Shown piece after piece: positions 1 through 10,865 of a stretch of 64,000 nucleotides of DNA. The position numbers and the translations under genes are program-made. Every line of letters begins with the position of its first letter. Positions within the stretch are counted from its first letter, which is position 1. This DNA is from an uncultured Deinococcales bacterium. Its GTDB lineage: Bacteria > Deinococcota > Deinococci > Deinococcales > JAAFIG01. The notes beneath the pieces are model-generated. The model did no database searches, had not been told where the DNA came from, and saw only the letters and a program-made list of their open reading frames with translations. Where the stretch lies: assembly GCA_964247135.1 (NCBI GenBank), contig CAXTTL010000001.1:51557-115556 (forward strand). Direction: 5' to 3'.

Positions 1-1995
1 GCCAAGTCCGACACCACCCCGCCCGATTTTGAACGCGGTGTGATGAACGTGATCCACAAAGCCAATCTGCCAATGGAAGAAATCGCGTTTCTCGCGCACG
101 GCACAACCGTTGTCATCAACGCCTTGACCGAACGCAAAGGCGTCAAAACCGCTTTGATTACCACGAGCGGTTTTCGGGATTCGATTGAAATTGCTCGAGG
201 CAACCGCCCCGATTTTTTCAATTTGTTTTACCAGAAACCCGAGCCTTTTGTGCCGCGTTTTTTGCGTCAAGAAGTGCCTGGGCGCATGTCGCCGCAAGGT
301 TTGGAGCGCGAGGCACTTGACTTGTCGGGTTTGCCTGCCATCTTGAAGGCGTTCAAAAAAGAGGGTGTTCAAGCGGTGGCAATTTGCCTGCTGCATTCTT
401 ACGCCAACCCTGCCCACGAGCAAGCCGTGCTCGAGCGGGTGCATGAGTTGTGGGCGGATGTGGCGGTGGTCGCGTCGCATCAGATCACCCGCGAGTGGCG
501 CGAGTACGAGCGCACCAATACCACAGTGCTTTCGGCGTATGTGCAACCGATTGCCGAGCGTTACCTCTCGAGGTTGCAGGCGGGCGCGGAGGCTGAGGGT
601 TTTGCTGGGCAGATGTACATCATGCAGTCCAATTGCGGGGTGGATTCGCTCGAGCATACGCGTGAAATTCCAATCACGATGGTTGAGTCTGGTCCTGCCA
701 GTGGGGTTTGGGGCGCGGCGGAGCTTGGACGTTTGTTGAACGAACCAAACGTCTTGGCGCTGGACATTGGTGGTACGACCGCGAAGTGTTCCTTGATCGA
801 AAATGGTCGGGTGCGGGTACAGACCGATTACTGGATTGAACGCACGCATCAGTCGGCGGGTTATCCGATTCAAGTGCCTGTGCTCGACATCGTGGAGATC
901 GGGCAGGGCGGTGGCAGCATCGCCTGGGTGGACGAGTTTGCCAAGTTGCACGTCGGTCCCAAATCGGCAGGGGCGCAACCAGGTCCTGCCGCCTATGGGC
1001 GCGGCGGCACAAATGCCACGACCACCGACGCAAACCTGGCGCTCGGGCGCATCAACCAGCATTATTTTTGCGGTGGCGAAATCAAAGCCGACATGAAAGC
1101 CGTGGGCAGTTCGCTGGATGCCGTCGCCAAGCAATTGAAGGTTTCTCGGCTCGAGGCGGCTCGAGGGATTGTGCGCTTGGCAAACCACAACATGGTCAAT
1201 GCTTTAAAACTTGTCTCGGTCAACCGTGGTCACGACCCCAGGGATTTTACGTTGGTCGCCTTCGGTGGTGGCGGCGCGATGCACGCGGTGGCACTCGCGC
1301 AAGAACTGGGCATCAAAAAGGTCGTGATTCCTCGAGCCGCCGATGTGTTTAGCGCTTGGGGCATGATGATGAGCGACTTGCGGCGCGATTTTTTCATCAC
1401 CAAACTCGCCAGCTTAAAAGCCGAAAATGCCGCCGCGCTCGAGGCACTGGTGCGCGAGACCAGCGACAATGCGCTGGCACAATTCAAGCTCGAGGGCATC
1501 AAAGCCAGTCAGGTCAGTTTTATTCGTTATGCCAAGCTTCGTTACGAAAATCAGGAACATACCGTCGAAATTGCGCTGCCCGATGCGAAAATCAGTGCCA
1601 AAACGATTCCTGCAATCATCGAAGATTTTCATGCCTCGTATGAGCGCGAGTACACCTATCGCCTGAACGCTCCCGTCGAATTCGTGGGCTTGCATCTGGT
1701 GGCTTCTGCCGAGGTGGGCAAGCTCGAGCCGATTACGTTGCCGTGCAGCAAACGCAAACTCGAAGCGGCGCATAAAGGGACGCGCCAGGTGGATTACGCG
1801 CTCGAGGGCGTTCACATTGCCGATATTTACGATGGCGATCTGCTCGAGCCTGGCATGAAATTTGTTGGACCTGCGATCATTGAAACCAGCGGCACGACGA
1901 TGGTGATTCATCCTGGCAATCAGGTGCGGATGGATGACTATGGTCATGTTCACATCACGGTCACGGCGGCAGTGACCAAAGGAGGTCGCAAATGA
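1..1995 (+). CDS. Hydantoinase/oxoprolinase family, ATP-binding A subunit (5'-truncated by window edge)
   Basis: Frame is open from base 1. Motifs HGTTVVINAL, ESGPASG, DIGGTT, VGPKSAGAQPGPAAYG and FGGGGAMH are typical of Hydantoinase_A. Confidence 0.93.
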   Translation, partial: AKSDTTPPDFERGVMNVIHKANLPMEEIAFLAHGTTVVINALTERKGVKTALITTSGFRDSIEIARGNRPDFFNLFYQKPEPFVPRFLRQEVPGRMSPQGLEREALDLSGLPAILKAFKKEGVQAVAICLLHSYANPAHEQAVLERVHELWADVAVVASHQITREWREYERTNTTVLSAYVQPIAERYLSRLQAGAEAEGFAGQMYIMQSNCGVDSLEHTREIPITMVESGPASGVWGAAELGRLLNEPNVLALDIGGTTAKCSLIENGRVRVQTDYWIERTHQSAGYPIQVPVLDIVEIGQGGGSIAWVDEFAKLHVGPKSAGAQPGPAAYGRGGTNATTTDANLALGRINQHYFCGGEIKADMKAVGSSLDAVAKQLKVSRLEAARGIVRLANHNMVNALKLVSVNRGHDPRDFTLVAFGGGGAMHAVALAQELGIKKVVIPRAADVFSAWGMMMSDLRRDFFITKLASLKAENAAALEALVRETSDNALAQFKLEGIKASQVSFIRYAKLRYENQEHTVEIALPDAKISAKTIPAIIEDFHASYEREYTYRLNAPVEFVGLHLVASAEVGKLEPITLPCSKRKLEAAHKGTRQVDYALEGVHIADIYDGDLLEPGMKFVGPAIIETSGTTMVIHPGNQVRMDDYGHVHITVTAAVTKGGRK

Positions 1996-3671
1996 AAGCC
2001 AAAACCAAAAAAACCAGCACTTCAAAATTTGACCCGATCACGCTCGAGATCATTCAAAATTCCTTGCAAGCCATCAGCGACGAGATGTTCGCCGCGATGC
2101 GAAAAACCGCCATGAGCGCGATCATTTACGAGGTGCTCGACATGGGCACGGGCATCACGGACTTTGAGGGCAACCTGGCGGCATCGGGCGCGGGTATTCC
2201 AGCCTTTGTGGGTGTGCTCGACAAAGCCGTGCAAAAAATTCTCGAGCTGAACCCTCGAGCCGACATTCACCCAGGGGATGTGTTCATCACCAACGACCCG
2301 TACTTTGGTGGGGTCACGCACCTGAATGACGGGGTGTTGGCGATGCCAGTTTTTGTTGGCAACCAGATCATTGCCTGGACGGCGAACATCGCGCACTGGC
2401 CCGATGTCGGCGGTCTGGTGGCGGGTTCGATGTCCAACGATGCCAAAGAGATTTTTCAGGAAGGTTTGCGCTTGCCCGCCATCAAACTGATTGACCGTGG
2501 AGTGCCGATCAAAAGCGTCATGGAGATCATCAAAACCAACAGCCGACTGCCAGACTTTTTGCAGGGCGACCTCTGGGCGGGCATCGCGGCGGTGCGGGTG
2601 GGCAACAAGCGCTTGCTCGAGTTGGTCGAAAAATACGGGCAGGATACCTTCGTGGCGGGCATGAAGCACTTTATGGATTACGGCGAGGCGATCTCGAGAA
2701 AGGCGCTCAAGTCATTGCCCAAAGGCACGTTTACACTTTCTGAAGAGCAGGACAGCGGTGTGGTGTACAGCGCCACCATCACGATCACTGACAGCGAATT
2801 TAAGGTAGATTTGCGTAACAACCCAGACCAGGACGCGGGACCAAACAACTCCTGCCGTGACGGGGCGATGATCGCCGCACAGATGATCTTTAAAAACCTG
2901 ACCGACCCGCACGGGGTGGCGAACGGTGGCACGTTCCGCCCGCTCAACCTCATCACGCGTAAGGGCAGTGTGTTTGATGCCAACCCACCAGCCGCATTTG
3001 CCATTTATTACGAGGTCGAGGTGCGCCTGTACGACCTGCTCTGGCGTTGCCTCGCGCCGCACATGGAAGGTCGCTTGCCTGCGGGTAACTTCTCCTCGAT
3101 TTTGGGCACGATTGTTTACGGCAAACACCCCGACACCGGACGCTTTTTCACCATCATCGAACCACAAATCGGTGGCTGGGGCGGCTCGAGCATACGTGAT
3201 GGCAACAGCGGCATTTTCTGCGGTTTTCATGGCGAAACCTACAACTGTCCCGTCGAAATTGCCGAAACGCGGTACGGCTTGTATGTCGATCAACTCAGCC
3301 TCAACCTCGAGCCTGGTGGCGAGGGTCAATTCCGTGGCGGCAAAGGCATTGTGCTCGATTACCGTGTGCGTTCGGACAACACCTTTTTAACGGCTTCGTA
3401 CACCAGAAACATTCACAAACCCTGGGCGCTGGACGGTGGGCGTGAGGGTTCACCGAATTACATCGAGATCATCCGAAGTGACGGCAGGCGCGAGAAGCAC
3501 GCCGTCTTGACGGGCTTGTTGCTCAACAAAGACGATGTGATTCGGGTGATTACCGCCAACGGTGCGGGTTTTGGCGATCCGAAAAAACGCAGCCCCGAGG
3601 CGGTGTTCGAGGACATCAAAAACGGTTTGATTACCCCGAAACGTGCCAAGGAGGTTTACGGTCAAGGCTGA
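1992..3671 (+). CDS. Hydantoinase B/oxoprolinase family subunit
   Basis: DPITLEII, NDPYFGGVTHLND, AHWPDVGG, EIFQEGL, GGEGQFRGG and GAGFGDP motifs. ATGA overlap with the A subunit. Confidence 0.93.
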   Translation: MKAKTKKTSTSKFDPITLEIIQNSLQAISDEMFAAMRKTAMSAIIYEVLDMGTGITDFEGNLAASGAGIPAFVGVLDKAVQKILELNPRADIHPGDVFITNDPYFGGVTHLNDGVLAMPVFVGNQIIAWTANIAHWPDVGGLVAGSMSNDAKEIFQEGLRLPAIKLIDRGVPIKSVMEIIKTNSRLPDFLQGDLWAGIAAVRVGNKRLLELVEKYGQDTFVAGMKHFMDYGEAISRKALKSLPKGTFTLSEEQDSGVVYSATITITDSEFKVDLRNNPDQDAGPNNSCRDGAMIAAQMIFKNLTDPHGVANGGTFRPLNLITRKGSVFDANPPAAFAIYYEVEVRLYDLLWRCLAPHMEGRLPAGNFSSILGTIVYGKHPDTGRFFTIIEPQIGGWGGSSIRDGNSGIFCGFHGETYNCPVEIAETRYGLYVDQLSLNLEPGGEGQFRGGKGIVLDYRVRSDNTFLTASYTRNIHKPWALDGGREGSPNYIEIIRSDGRREKHAVLTGLLLNKDDVIRVITANGAGFGDPKKRSPEAVFEDIKNGLITPKRAKEVYGQG

Positions 3672-3822
3672 GGCTCGAGCATACAATCCCAACACCTCGA
3701 GACACCGTTGTACGTTTCGTGTTTTGAATTTGCCAGCAGCCGCCAATCCATTTCGCCAAAAAGCACCCTCGCCACTCGAGTTTTGCGTGGGTGCGGCTGG
3801 TTTTTTCTCGAACTGACTTGAT

Positions 3823-4683
3823 TTAAGACGTGAACAACGGAGCCATTTCACGTTGCTCGAGCAAATTTTGCATGAGCGCATCGCTGGGGCGCACTGCCAT
3901 TTGGTTTGCCGCTTCGAGTACCTTGGGCATGATCTTCAGGTCACCAGCCGTGCAAATGAAGACATCGGCTCGAGCCAGCGCCCAGTGAACCGCCAGGTTG
4001 ATGTCGGCTTGATCCTCGAGCGGTTCATACCAGGTGGCGCTGGTTTGTGGTCGTTCATTCCAGGGTCGGCGCGTGATTGTCTTGATCGTTTGCACCGCGA
4101 CCTGGCGCTGCTGACAGACGAGCATCAATTCCTCGAAGTCACGGGCGTACTGCGGGTTTTGCATCAGCACATGGCTGTAAGGCAAGAGCACCGAATCAAA
4201 CTCAAATTGCTCGAGCGCCCGTCGGTGCTGTGCCGCAACCGTTAAACCGTGACCCGTCACGCCAATAAAGCGCACCAATCCCTCGGCTCGAGCCTCGATC
4301 AATGCCTCGAGCGCACCGCCTGGTCCCATTGCGGTTTCCCACTCTTGCGGATCAACCAGGTTGTGCAACTGAATCGAATCGAGGTGATCGGTGCGCAGGC
4401 GCTCGAGTGAACGGTGAATGCTGTCCTTTGCCGCTTGATACGTGCGATCACCAGTTTTGCTCGCCAGAAAGAAATCCTGGCGGTGGGCGGGCATCCACGG
4501 ACCAATGCGAAGTTCGGACTCGCCGTAACTGGCGGCGGTATCAAGATGGTTCACGCTGTACTCAAAAAGCTGCTCAAAGGCACGGTCGGCTTGGGCTTGC
4601 GAGACCGCGCTCAGACCCGCCGCACCGAAGATGGCGCGACTGCTGTGGTGACCTGTGCGACCAAAGGGAATCTTGGGGATCAT
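3823..4683 (-). CDS. Aldo/keto reductase
   Basis: FGRTG N-terminus, DTAASYG (catalytic Asp/Tyr), [25 protein letters not shown]. Confidence 0.92.
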   Translation of the reverse strand: MIPKIPFGRTGHHSSRAIFGAAGLSAVSQAQADRAFEQLFEYSVNHLDTAASYGESELRIGPWMPAHRQDFFLASKTGDRTYQAAKDSIHRSLERLRTDHLDSIQLHNLVDPQEWETAMGPGGALEALIEARAEGLVRFIGVTGHGLTVAAQHRRALEQFEFDSVLLPYSHVLMQNPQYARDFEELMLVCQQRQVAVQTIKTITRRPWNERPQTSATWYEPLEDQADINLAVHWALARADVFICTAGDLKIMPKVLEAANQMAVRPSDALMQNLLEQREMAPLFTS

Positions 4684-4698
4684 GACCCGACCTCGCTT

Positions 4699-6864
4699 TC
4701 AAGTTGAGGGCTTTTCAGAATTGGCTCGAGATTCGAGCCACCGGATGACACTATACCCAATCAGGACTTGGGTTCTGACACCAAGGTCAAAGCGCCCGCC
4801 GTAAACCGTTTCGTCTGGCATCTCGGTGATGACGGTGATCGTGCCGCATTCTTCGGGTTGTCCTGGCAAACCTCGAGCCGAGGATCGTGCCTCGCGCTCC
4901 CAAAACTGAAACGGCAGTCCATCGATCAGCTCGAAAGGGTCTTTGAGCACGTGCGGGGCGCGTTGACGCAGTGCCTCGCGTGTCCGCTCAAAGATTTCAG
5001 CGTCCGAGGCGAGGTCAGCCGCAATGACTGCCGCGAGTTCTCGAGCCAAGGTTTTTTGGCTGGCATCGTGAACCACAATCACCATCGCGCCCATCGGCAG
5101 CGCCCAGAGTTCAAAACCTCGAGGGGCATAACCGGTATAGGGGCGGGTCCATTCGTGGGCTGGGTAGCCGTGAAGGTTGAGATGCACGTGTGGACGGGTT
5201 TGAGCCAGCACCAACCCGAGTGCCGCGCCCTCATGCTGCTGGCTGGCTTCCACGTCCACGCCAAGCGCGGTGTAGCGGGCTGGGTGGTGCATGTGCTCGG
5301 GGTGAAGCTGTCTGAGCGCACGGTAAAGCCGCAGACCGTCAGGGTTTTTGAGCGGCACACCGACCAGATTGATCGACTTGTTCGACAACCAACCCTCGAG
5401 CAACTCGAGCGCTGCTTTTGGACCCGTGGGTTCGTTCGCGTGTTGCCCAGCGGTCAAGAGGAGCGTCGGAAGTTGTGGGTCAAGGCGAGTACCGATCATC
5501 GGAATGGGGCGACCCTCGAGGCTGTAACCGAGAACCTGAATCAAAGCATCTGGAACTTGACCGAGGCGCTGGATTTCTTGCCAGATGTCTCGTGCCGAGA
5601 GCGGACCGTTGGGCAGTGAAGCTTTGGGTTTAAAACCATCAATCAAGCTCTTGAAATGTTGTTGCGGGTTTTGGGTCAGCCTGCTCGAGTCGCTGGCATG
5701 GATTCCAGCGCTCTGTATAATCTGCTCCGCAGGCACAAGTTTTACCGTTCCTTGAGCGCTTTTGACGCCAAGTGAACCCTCTCCAAGCAAGGTCAGGGTG
5801 ACTCGAGCCTGCCCATCTTGACCGAGGTGTTCGCTGAAGATGGGTACGATTTTGCCGACCTTTAAACCCCGTCCGCCAGCCGGTGCGCCAACGTGACGCT
5901 GGAACGCCTCGAGGCTGCTGAAATAAACCTCTTCAGCGAGCGCCTCGAGCATTGAGACACGTTCGGGTTCGATGCTCAGCGCAAGATCGGGTTCGGAGAG
6001 CTTGCCCGTGACGGTCAAACACTGAAAAAACGGTCCCGTTTTGGGGCTGAGCGCCAAAATTTGCGGCAACACCTCGCGTTCGTACCAAGTCCAGAAGCGT
6101 TCGCCATCGGTTGGAATTTGACGCGTCCAGTGTTTGGAGTCGCTGCGCACCTCGAGCCAACCCGTGGGTGAAAGCACCGTCTCATTTTCCAGTGTTCGTG
6201 TCGATTGAGGGGCGAGACAAGTGCCGTCCCACAGTTGACTGTCTCCCGCAAAGGCGGTGGCTTGATAGCACACTTGGGTGCTTTGGGTGGCGATCATCTC
6301 GAGGCTGATTCCGTTTCGTTCACACAGGCTCGAGGCTGGATACAATTCCTGTAGAAAACGTCCCGCCGAGGCGTTGGGGACAACTGGATACTGCACATGC
6401 AAGCGATCCGCTCCAAGTTGGCGCAATCTTGGCAGCACCTCCTCGAGCAACCAGAACAGCGCGGGTTTGTAGCTGCTGCGAATTGTCACTCGAGCCTGTA
6501 CCCCTTTGCGCCGCAAGCGTGCTTGGGCTTCAAGCGCGAACTGTCGTCGGACTTCGGGCGGCTCGGAGAGGTAACCGAGCACCTGCACTGACTTTGCTGC
6601 GCCCAAACGGATGTCACCCAGTGCCTTCAGCCAAACCTTGCCCTCCCAAGGAAAAGTGGCGCTCCAGACATGACGTGTACCTCGAGCGGTGTTGCGGATG
6701 TTCAAGCCCGTCATCTTTCGTGCCGCATGGGGTGGAAACGGCATCAGCAGTTCGACGCTCGAGGCATCGGCAATTGCCATGACCGCCGCCAAGCGGTCCC
6801 AGGGGTTTTCGGCATTTGGCAGCGCTTGACTCGAGCCGTCTTGTTGCGTGTCCTTAGCTTGCAT
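4699..6864 (-). CDS. M14 family zinc carboxypeptidase-like protein with long N-terminal extension
   Basis: C-terminal GQHANE (HxxE), NPDG and NLHGYP motifs. Start taken at ATG 6864, overlapping the upstream permease stop. Confidence 0.8.
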   Translation of the reverse strand: MQAKDTQQDGSSQALPNAENPWDRLAAVMAIADASSVELLMPFPPHAARKMTGLNIRNTARGTRHVWSATFPWEGKVWLKALGDIRLGAAKSVQVLGYLSEPPEVRRQFALEAQARLRRKGVQARVTIRSSYKPALFWLLEEVLPRLRQLGADRLHVQYPVVPNASAGRFLQELYPASSLCERNGISLEMIATQSTQVCYQATAFAGDSQLWDGTCLAPQSTRTLENETVLSPTGWLEVRSDSKHWTRQIPTDGERFWTWYEREVLPQILALSPKTGPFFQCLTVTGKLSEPDLALSIEPERVSMLEALAEEVYFSSLEAFQRHVGAPAGGRGLKVGKIVPIFSEHLGQDGQARVTLTLLGEGSLGVKSAQGTVKLVPAEQIIQSAGIHASDSSRLTQNPQQHFKSLIDGFKPKASLPNGPLSARDIWQEIQRLGQVPDALIQVLGYSLEGRPIPMIGTRLDPQLPTLLLTAGQHANEPTGPKAALELLEGWLSNKSINLVGVPLKNPDGLRLYRALRQLHPEHMHHPARYTALGVDVEASQQHEGAALGLVLAQTRPHVHLNLHGYPAHEWTRPYTGYAPRGFELWALPMGAMVIVVHDASQKTLARELAAVIAADLASDAEIFERTREALRQRAPHVLKDPFELIDGLPFQFWEREARSSARGLPGQPEECGTITVITEMPDETVYGGRFDLGVRTQVLIGYSVIRWLESRANSEKPST

Positions 6865-7738
6865 TGCTGCGCCCTCGATCCAGCGGATCAAGGCGATCCC
6901 GCAGCCAGTCTCCGAGCAAGTTGAAACCGAGCACCGTGACCGTGATCGCCAGCCCTGGAAAGGTGGCAACCCACCAGGCGGTCTGCATGTAATTGCGTCC
7001 ATCGGCGAGCATGCCGCCCCATGAGGGAATCAGTGGGTCAATCCCAAGTCCCAAAAAAGTCAGACCAGACTCGAGCAGGATGTTGTTGGCAACGTTGAGC
7101 GTGGCAAGCACAATCACGGGTCCGATCAGGTTGGGCAGCAAATGGCGCAAGATGATGCGGGCATCGGAGGCACCGAGCGCTCGAGTGCCTTGCACCGCGT
7201 CGCCTTCGCGCAAGGTTAGCACCTGTGAGCGCACCATTCGGGCATACTGCACCCACTGGGTGAGCGCCATGACAAAGATCAACTTCCACAAGCCTGGTCC
7301 AATCACGGCGATCACGGTGATTGCCAACAGAATAAATGGAAATGAAAGTTGCACGTCCGCGATTCGCATCAGCACCATGTCGAGCAAGCCACGGTAAAAT
7401 CCCGCCAGCAAGCCAATCCCGACCCCGACGATCAAAGAGAGGGCAACCGAGACAAAACCAACGGTCAGTGAAATTCGCCCACCGTGGGGAATTCGGGTCA
7501 GGATGTCACGCCCGATGGCATCGGTCCCAAACAGATGCCCCTCCAAACTGGGTGGCTTGAGGCGATTGGCAAGGTTCATGCTTTCCGAACCGAGCGGTGC
7601 AAAAACCGGAGCGAGCAATGCCGAAAACACCGAGACGCCCAGCAGCACCAGACCGAGCACCAGGTCAAAATTCAAAGTGCGTTTGACTCGAGGAAGTGGT
7701 TGTGATGCGCTCATGTTGAACACCTCATTGCGCTTCAT
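6854..7738 (-). CDS. Peptide/nickel ABC transporter permease (DppC/OppC-like)
   Basis: HLFGTDAIGRD, EAA-like loop RALGASDARIILRHLLPN, LGDWLRDRLDP. Confidence 0.93.
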   Translation of the reverse strand: MKRNEVFNMSASQPLPRVKRTLNFDLVLGLVLLGVSVFSALLAPVFAPLGSESMNLANRLKPPSLEGHLFGTDAIGRDILTRIPHGGRISLTVGFVSVALSLIVGVGIGLLAGFYRGLLDMVLMRIADVQLSFPFILLAITVIAVIGPGLWKLIFVMALTQWVQYARMVRSQVLTLREGDAVQGTRALGASDARIILRHLLPNLIGPVIVLATLNVANNILLESGLTFLGLGIDPLIPSWGGMLADGRNYMQTAWWVATFPGLAITVTVLGFNLLGDWLRDRLDPLDRGRSNAS

Positions 7739-8658
7739 GTGACACTGATGCGCGGGTCAATCAAGCCGTAAGACAGGTCGATCACCAGGTTGACCACCAC
7801 CACCACCAATGCCAGCACCGCCACCGTGCCCTGCAAGACGGGATAATCGCGTTGGCTGATGGCGTTCAGCGCCAGCGATCCCAGACCGGGCCAAGCAAAC
7901 ACCTGCTCGATGATGACCACACCGCCGATCAAGCCGCCAAACTGCAAACCAATAAACGTGACCGCCGGAATCGCCGCGTTGCGAAGCGCGTGCTTGTAGA
8001 GCACCACCCGCTCGAGCAAGCCTTTGGAACGTGCCACGGTGATGAACTGACTCGAGAGCACCTCGAGCAAGGCGGCACGCAACAACCTGACGTTGGTGGC
8101 GGTCAGGATCAGTCCCAAGGTCACGGCGGGCATGATTATTGAGCGCCAACCCTCAAAGCCAGAAGGCGGCAACCAGCGCAGGTTGACTCCAAAGATCAAG
8201 ATCAGCATGATGGCAAGCCAAAAGTTCGGGAACGAAAGCCCAATCAGTGAAAGCAAACGCACCAGGCGATCAACCCAGCGTCCTTTGCGAACCGCAGAAC
8301 TGATCGCCAGCGGCACTGAAACCACAATCGAGAAGAGCAGGCTCGAGGCGGCAAGAATCAGTGTTCCTGGAACTTTTTCGTTGATCAACTCGCTGACCGG
8401 CTGGTCGTTGCGAAAACTCTTGCCGAGGTTGCCGGTCAACAAGCCACCGACAAACTCGAGGTACTGCACCAAAAAAGGACGATCCACGCCGAGGGCTTTG
8501 CGAATCCGCTCGAGGTCGGTCTTGTTGGGGGCGCTCGCGCCCTGGAAAAGGGCTACCACCGGATCGCCCGAGAGTCGAACGGCAAACGCCACCAGCAGCG
8601 TGACCACCAGCATCACAAAGACCGCTTGTCCGAGTCGGAAGACTGTGTAACGCAGCAC
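7735..8658 (-). CDS. Peptide/nickel ABC transporter permease (DppB/OppB-like)
   Basis: ARSKGL..HALRNA, FAWPGLG, RDYPV and DPRI motifs. GTG start after a GAGGGGG RBS. Confidence 0.93.
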   Translation of the reverse strand: MLRYTVFRLGQAVFVMLVVTLLVAFAVRLSGDPVVALFQGASAPNKTDLERIRKALGVDRPFLVQYLEFVGGLLTGNLGKSFRNDQPVSELINEKVPGTLILAASSLLFSIVVSVPLAISSAVRKGRWVDRLVRLLSLIGLSFPNFWLAIMLILIFGVNLRWLPPSGFEGWRSIIMPAVTLGLILTATNVRLLRAALLEVLSSQFITVARSKGLLERVVLYKHALRNAAIPAVTFIGLQFGGLIGGVVIIEQVFAWPGLGSLALNAISQRDYPVLQGTVAVLALVVVVVNLVIDLSYGLIDPRISVT

Positions 8659-8693
8659 GAAACCCCCTCGAGCAGGATTTTTCAAATAACAAA

Positions 8694-10217
8694 TTATTTA
8701 ACGGCAACACTCAGCAGACGGTTGCGGTCATCGGGTGGCACGACCCAACCCGAGACGCGTTTGTTCATGCCCCACAGGTTGACCCCTTGATAAAGCGGCA
8801 TCTCGATGGCGACGTCTTGCAGGTAACGGGCGAGTTCCTGCATCGATTTTTGACGGGCTTTTTGATTGTAGGTGCCGCGCTCCTGCTCGAGCAGCGACTC
8901 GACTTTGGGGTCAGAAAACACGGGGTTCCAGTACTCGCCTTTGTGATAGAGCAGGTAAGCGGTGTTATCAAAATCGAGCGTCCAACCGCCCCAGCCAAAG
9001 TTGTACATGTGACCAGTCTTGTTTTTGGGGATGATGTCACTGAAATAGGTGTTCTGCTCGAAGGTCTTGAGCGAAACTTTCAGTCCGATTGCTTGCAGGT
9101 ATCCAGCAATGCCCTGGGCAACCTCGCGGAACTGCACGTCGCTGTCGGCAAAGTCAATTTCAAGCTCGGTTCCGGCGGGTACTTTGGCATCGCTAAGCAG
9201 CGCCTTTGCTTTTTCTGGATCGTAAGGCAGCGGTTTGAGTTTGGGGTCAAAACCCCAAGAAATTTCGCCCTGGAAGCTGGCAATCGGTTTGCCATAGCCC
9301 TGCAAAATGGTCTTGATGATCGTGTCGCGGTCAACCGCGTAGATCATTGCCTTGCGAACCCGAACGTCATCCATTGGCTTCAAGGAGGTGTTAAAGCGCA
9401 ACTCGGTGACGGTGGTGGTTCCAACGGGGACAAGTTGCGCGTCATTGATTCCCTTAACGACGCTCGCCAAACTGACTGGCACGCCCTGAACGATGTCCAC
9501 GCGCCCAGCTTGGAGTTCCGCCACGCGGGTGGCAGCCTCGGGAATAAAACGGTAGGTCACGGTCTTGACCTTTGGAGCACCCTTCCAGTATCCAGGGAAT
9601 GCCTCGAGCGTCAAATGATCGTCTTTGACATATTCGGTCGGGCGAAATGGACCGGTGCCGACGGGCAGGTTGTTGAATTTTTCGTCGCCAACCTCAGCAT
9701 AATATTGGGGTGCAATGATCTTGGCGCCGTAACCGGCGAGCTTGGTGATGATCACCGGATCGGGGCGATCCATGATGAAATCCACCAAGTATTTGTTGAT
9801 GATTTTGACCTCTTTGATTGCCGTATAATTGGCTTGCTGTGGACCTTTGGCACCTTCGGGTCCGAGCAGTCGGTCAAAGGTAAATTTGACCGCGCTGGCA
9901 TCAAAGTCCTCGCCGTTTTGGAATTTCACGCCTTTGCGCAAGCCAAAACGGATTACCGAATTGTTTTTCAAAAACGTCCAGCGCTCAGCCAGACCTGGTT
10001 TGATTTTCAGGTCTGGTCCACGGTCCACCAGTCCGTCAAAAATGTTTGAGCCGACCATGCCCCACGAGAGCAGGAAGGTGTCAATCGGGTCCCATGAGTG
10101 TGGGTCTTGGGTTTGCGCGATCACGAGCTTGCCTGTCGGTCCTGGACCTTGACTCAATGCCACGCCCAAACCGAGCGTGACAGCCAACACGGAAAACAAC
10201 TTGATACGAAATGTCAT
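8694..10217 (-). CDS. Family 5 ABC substrate-binding protein
   Basis: Signal peptide, PGLAERW, LRKGVKFQNG, GTGPF, DVRVRKAM. ATG 10217 follows GGGAGG. Confidence 0.93.
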   Translation of the reverse strand: MTFRIKLFSVLAVTLGLGVALSQGPGPTGKLVIAQTQDPHSWDPIDTFLLSWGMVGSNIFDGLVDRGPDLKIKPGLAERWTFLKNNSVIRFGLRKGVKFQNGEDFDASAVKFTFDRLLGPEGAKGPQQANYTAIKEVKIINKYLVDFIMDRPDPVIITKLAGYGAKIIAPQYYAEVGDEKFNNLPVGTGPFRPTEYVKDDHLTLEAFPGYWKGAPKVKTVTYRFIPEAATRVAELQAGRVDIVQGVPVSLASVVKGINDAQLVPVGTTTVTELRFNTSLKPMDDVRVRKAMIYAVDRDTIIKTILQGYGKPIASFQGEISWGFDPKLKPLPYDPEKAKALLSDAKVPAGTELEIDFADSDVQFREVAQGIAGYLQAIGLKVSLKTFEQNTYFSDIIPKNKTGHMYNFGWGGWTLDFDNTAYLLYHKGEYWNPVFSDPKVESLLEQERGTYNQKARQKSMQELARYLQDVAIEMPLYQGVNLWGMNKRVSGWVVPPDDRNRLLSVAVK

Positions 10218-10286
10218 ATCGTGACCTCCCCATGTCAAAGCGATTGAGAGCATTGCGGACTGCCGCCTTGCGAATGCACCAAACCC

Positions 10287-10778
10287 CTATACCACGACCT
10301 CCTTTGCTGGCTCGCGCCTGAGCCACGCCTGCCAGTCCCAGGTGTTTTTCAAAATTTTGACGACCTGAATCGTTTCGCAGCTCGAGACTCCAGGAACGTC
10401 TGGCAGCGTGTGGGAGATAAAGCGGTACAACTCGTCGATTGAGGAATGCAGGCTTTCGACCACGATGTCGGCTGGACCCATCGCCAAGCCAACAAAACGC
10501 ACCGCCTCGAGGGTGGCGATTGATTTGGCGGCACCCTCGGCGGCTCGAGGCACGGTTTTGACCAGGGTGATGGCATCCACTTTGATACCAAATCCGGCAG
10601 GGTCGCCGGTCGCCAGCACTTGCAGAAAACCGTTTTTGACCATCGCGTTGTAGCGCCGCCGAATCGTGCCTTCAGAGACACTTAGACGGCGAGCCATCTC
10701 GCGGAAAGCCATGCGACCGTCTTCTTGTAAAAGGGTCACGATTTGGTGATCGAGGGGGTCAAGGTCTGCGTAATTCAT
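10287..10778 (-). CDS. Lrp/AsnC family transcriptional regulator
   Basis: LDPLDHQIVTLLQEDGRMAFREMARRLSVSEGTIRRR HTH followed by an AsnC ligand domain. Confidence 0.92.
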   Translation of the reverse strand: MNYADLDPLDHQIVTLLQEDGRMAFREMARRLSVSEGTIRRRYNAMVKNGFLQVLATGDPAGFGIKVDAITLVKTVPRAAEGAAKSIATLEAVRFVGLAMGPADIVVESLHSSIDELYRFISHTLPDVPGVSSCETIQVVKILKNTWDWQAWLRREPAKEVVV

Positions 10779-10836
10779 GATTGTTTTTTTGACGCATTGC
10801 GTAAGATAATTGAACAGTAGCATACAAATGCGGCGA

Positions 10837-10865
10837 TTGACAAGCATTCATCCACGTGTTACTCT
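10837..10865 (+). promoter_or_regulatory. Sigma70-type promoter for the hydrolase/ABC/amidase operon
   Basis: TTGACA (10837-10842), 17-bp spacer, TGn-extended TACTCT (10860-10865). Palindrome ACGCATTGCGT at 10792-10802 in the divergent region is a possible operator. Confidence 0.6.

Noticed and set aside
8787-10049. 420-aa plus-strand ORF
   Set aside because: Antisense shadow of the binding-protein gene, with no motifs.
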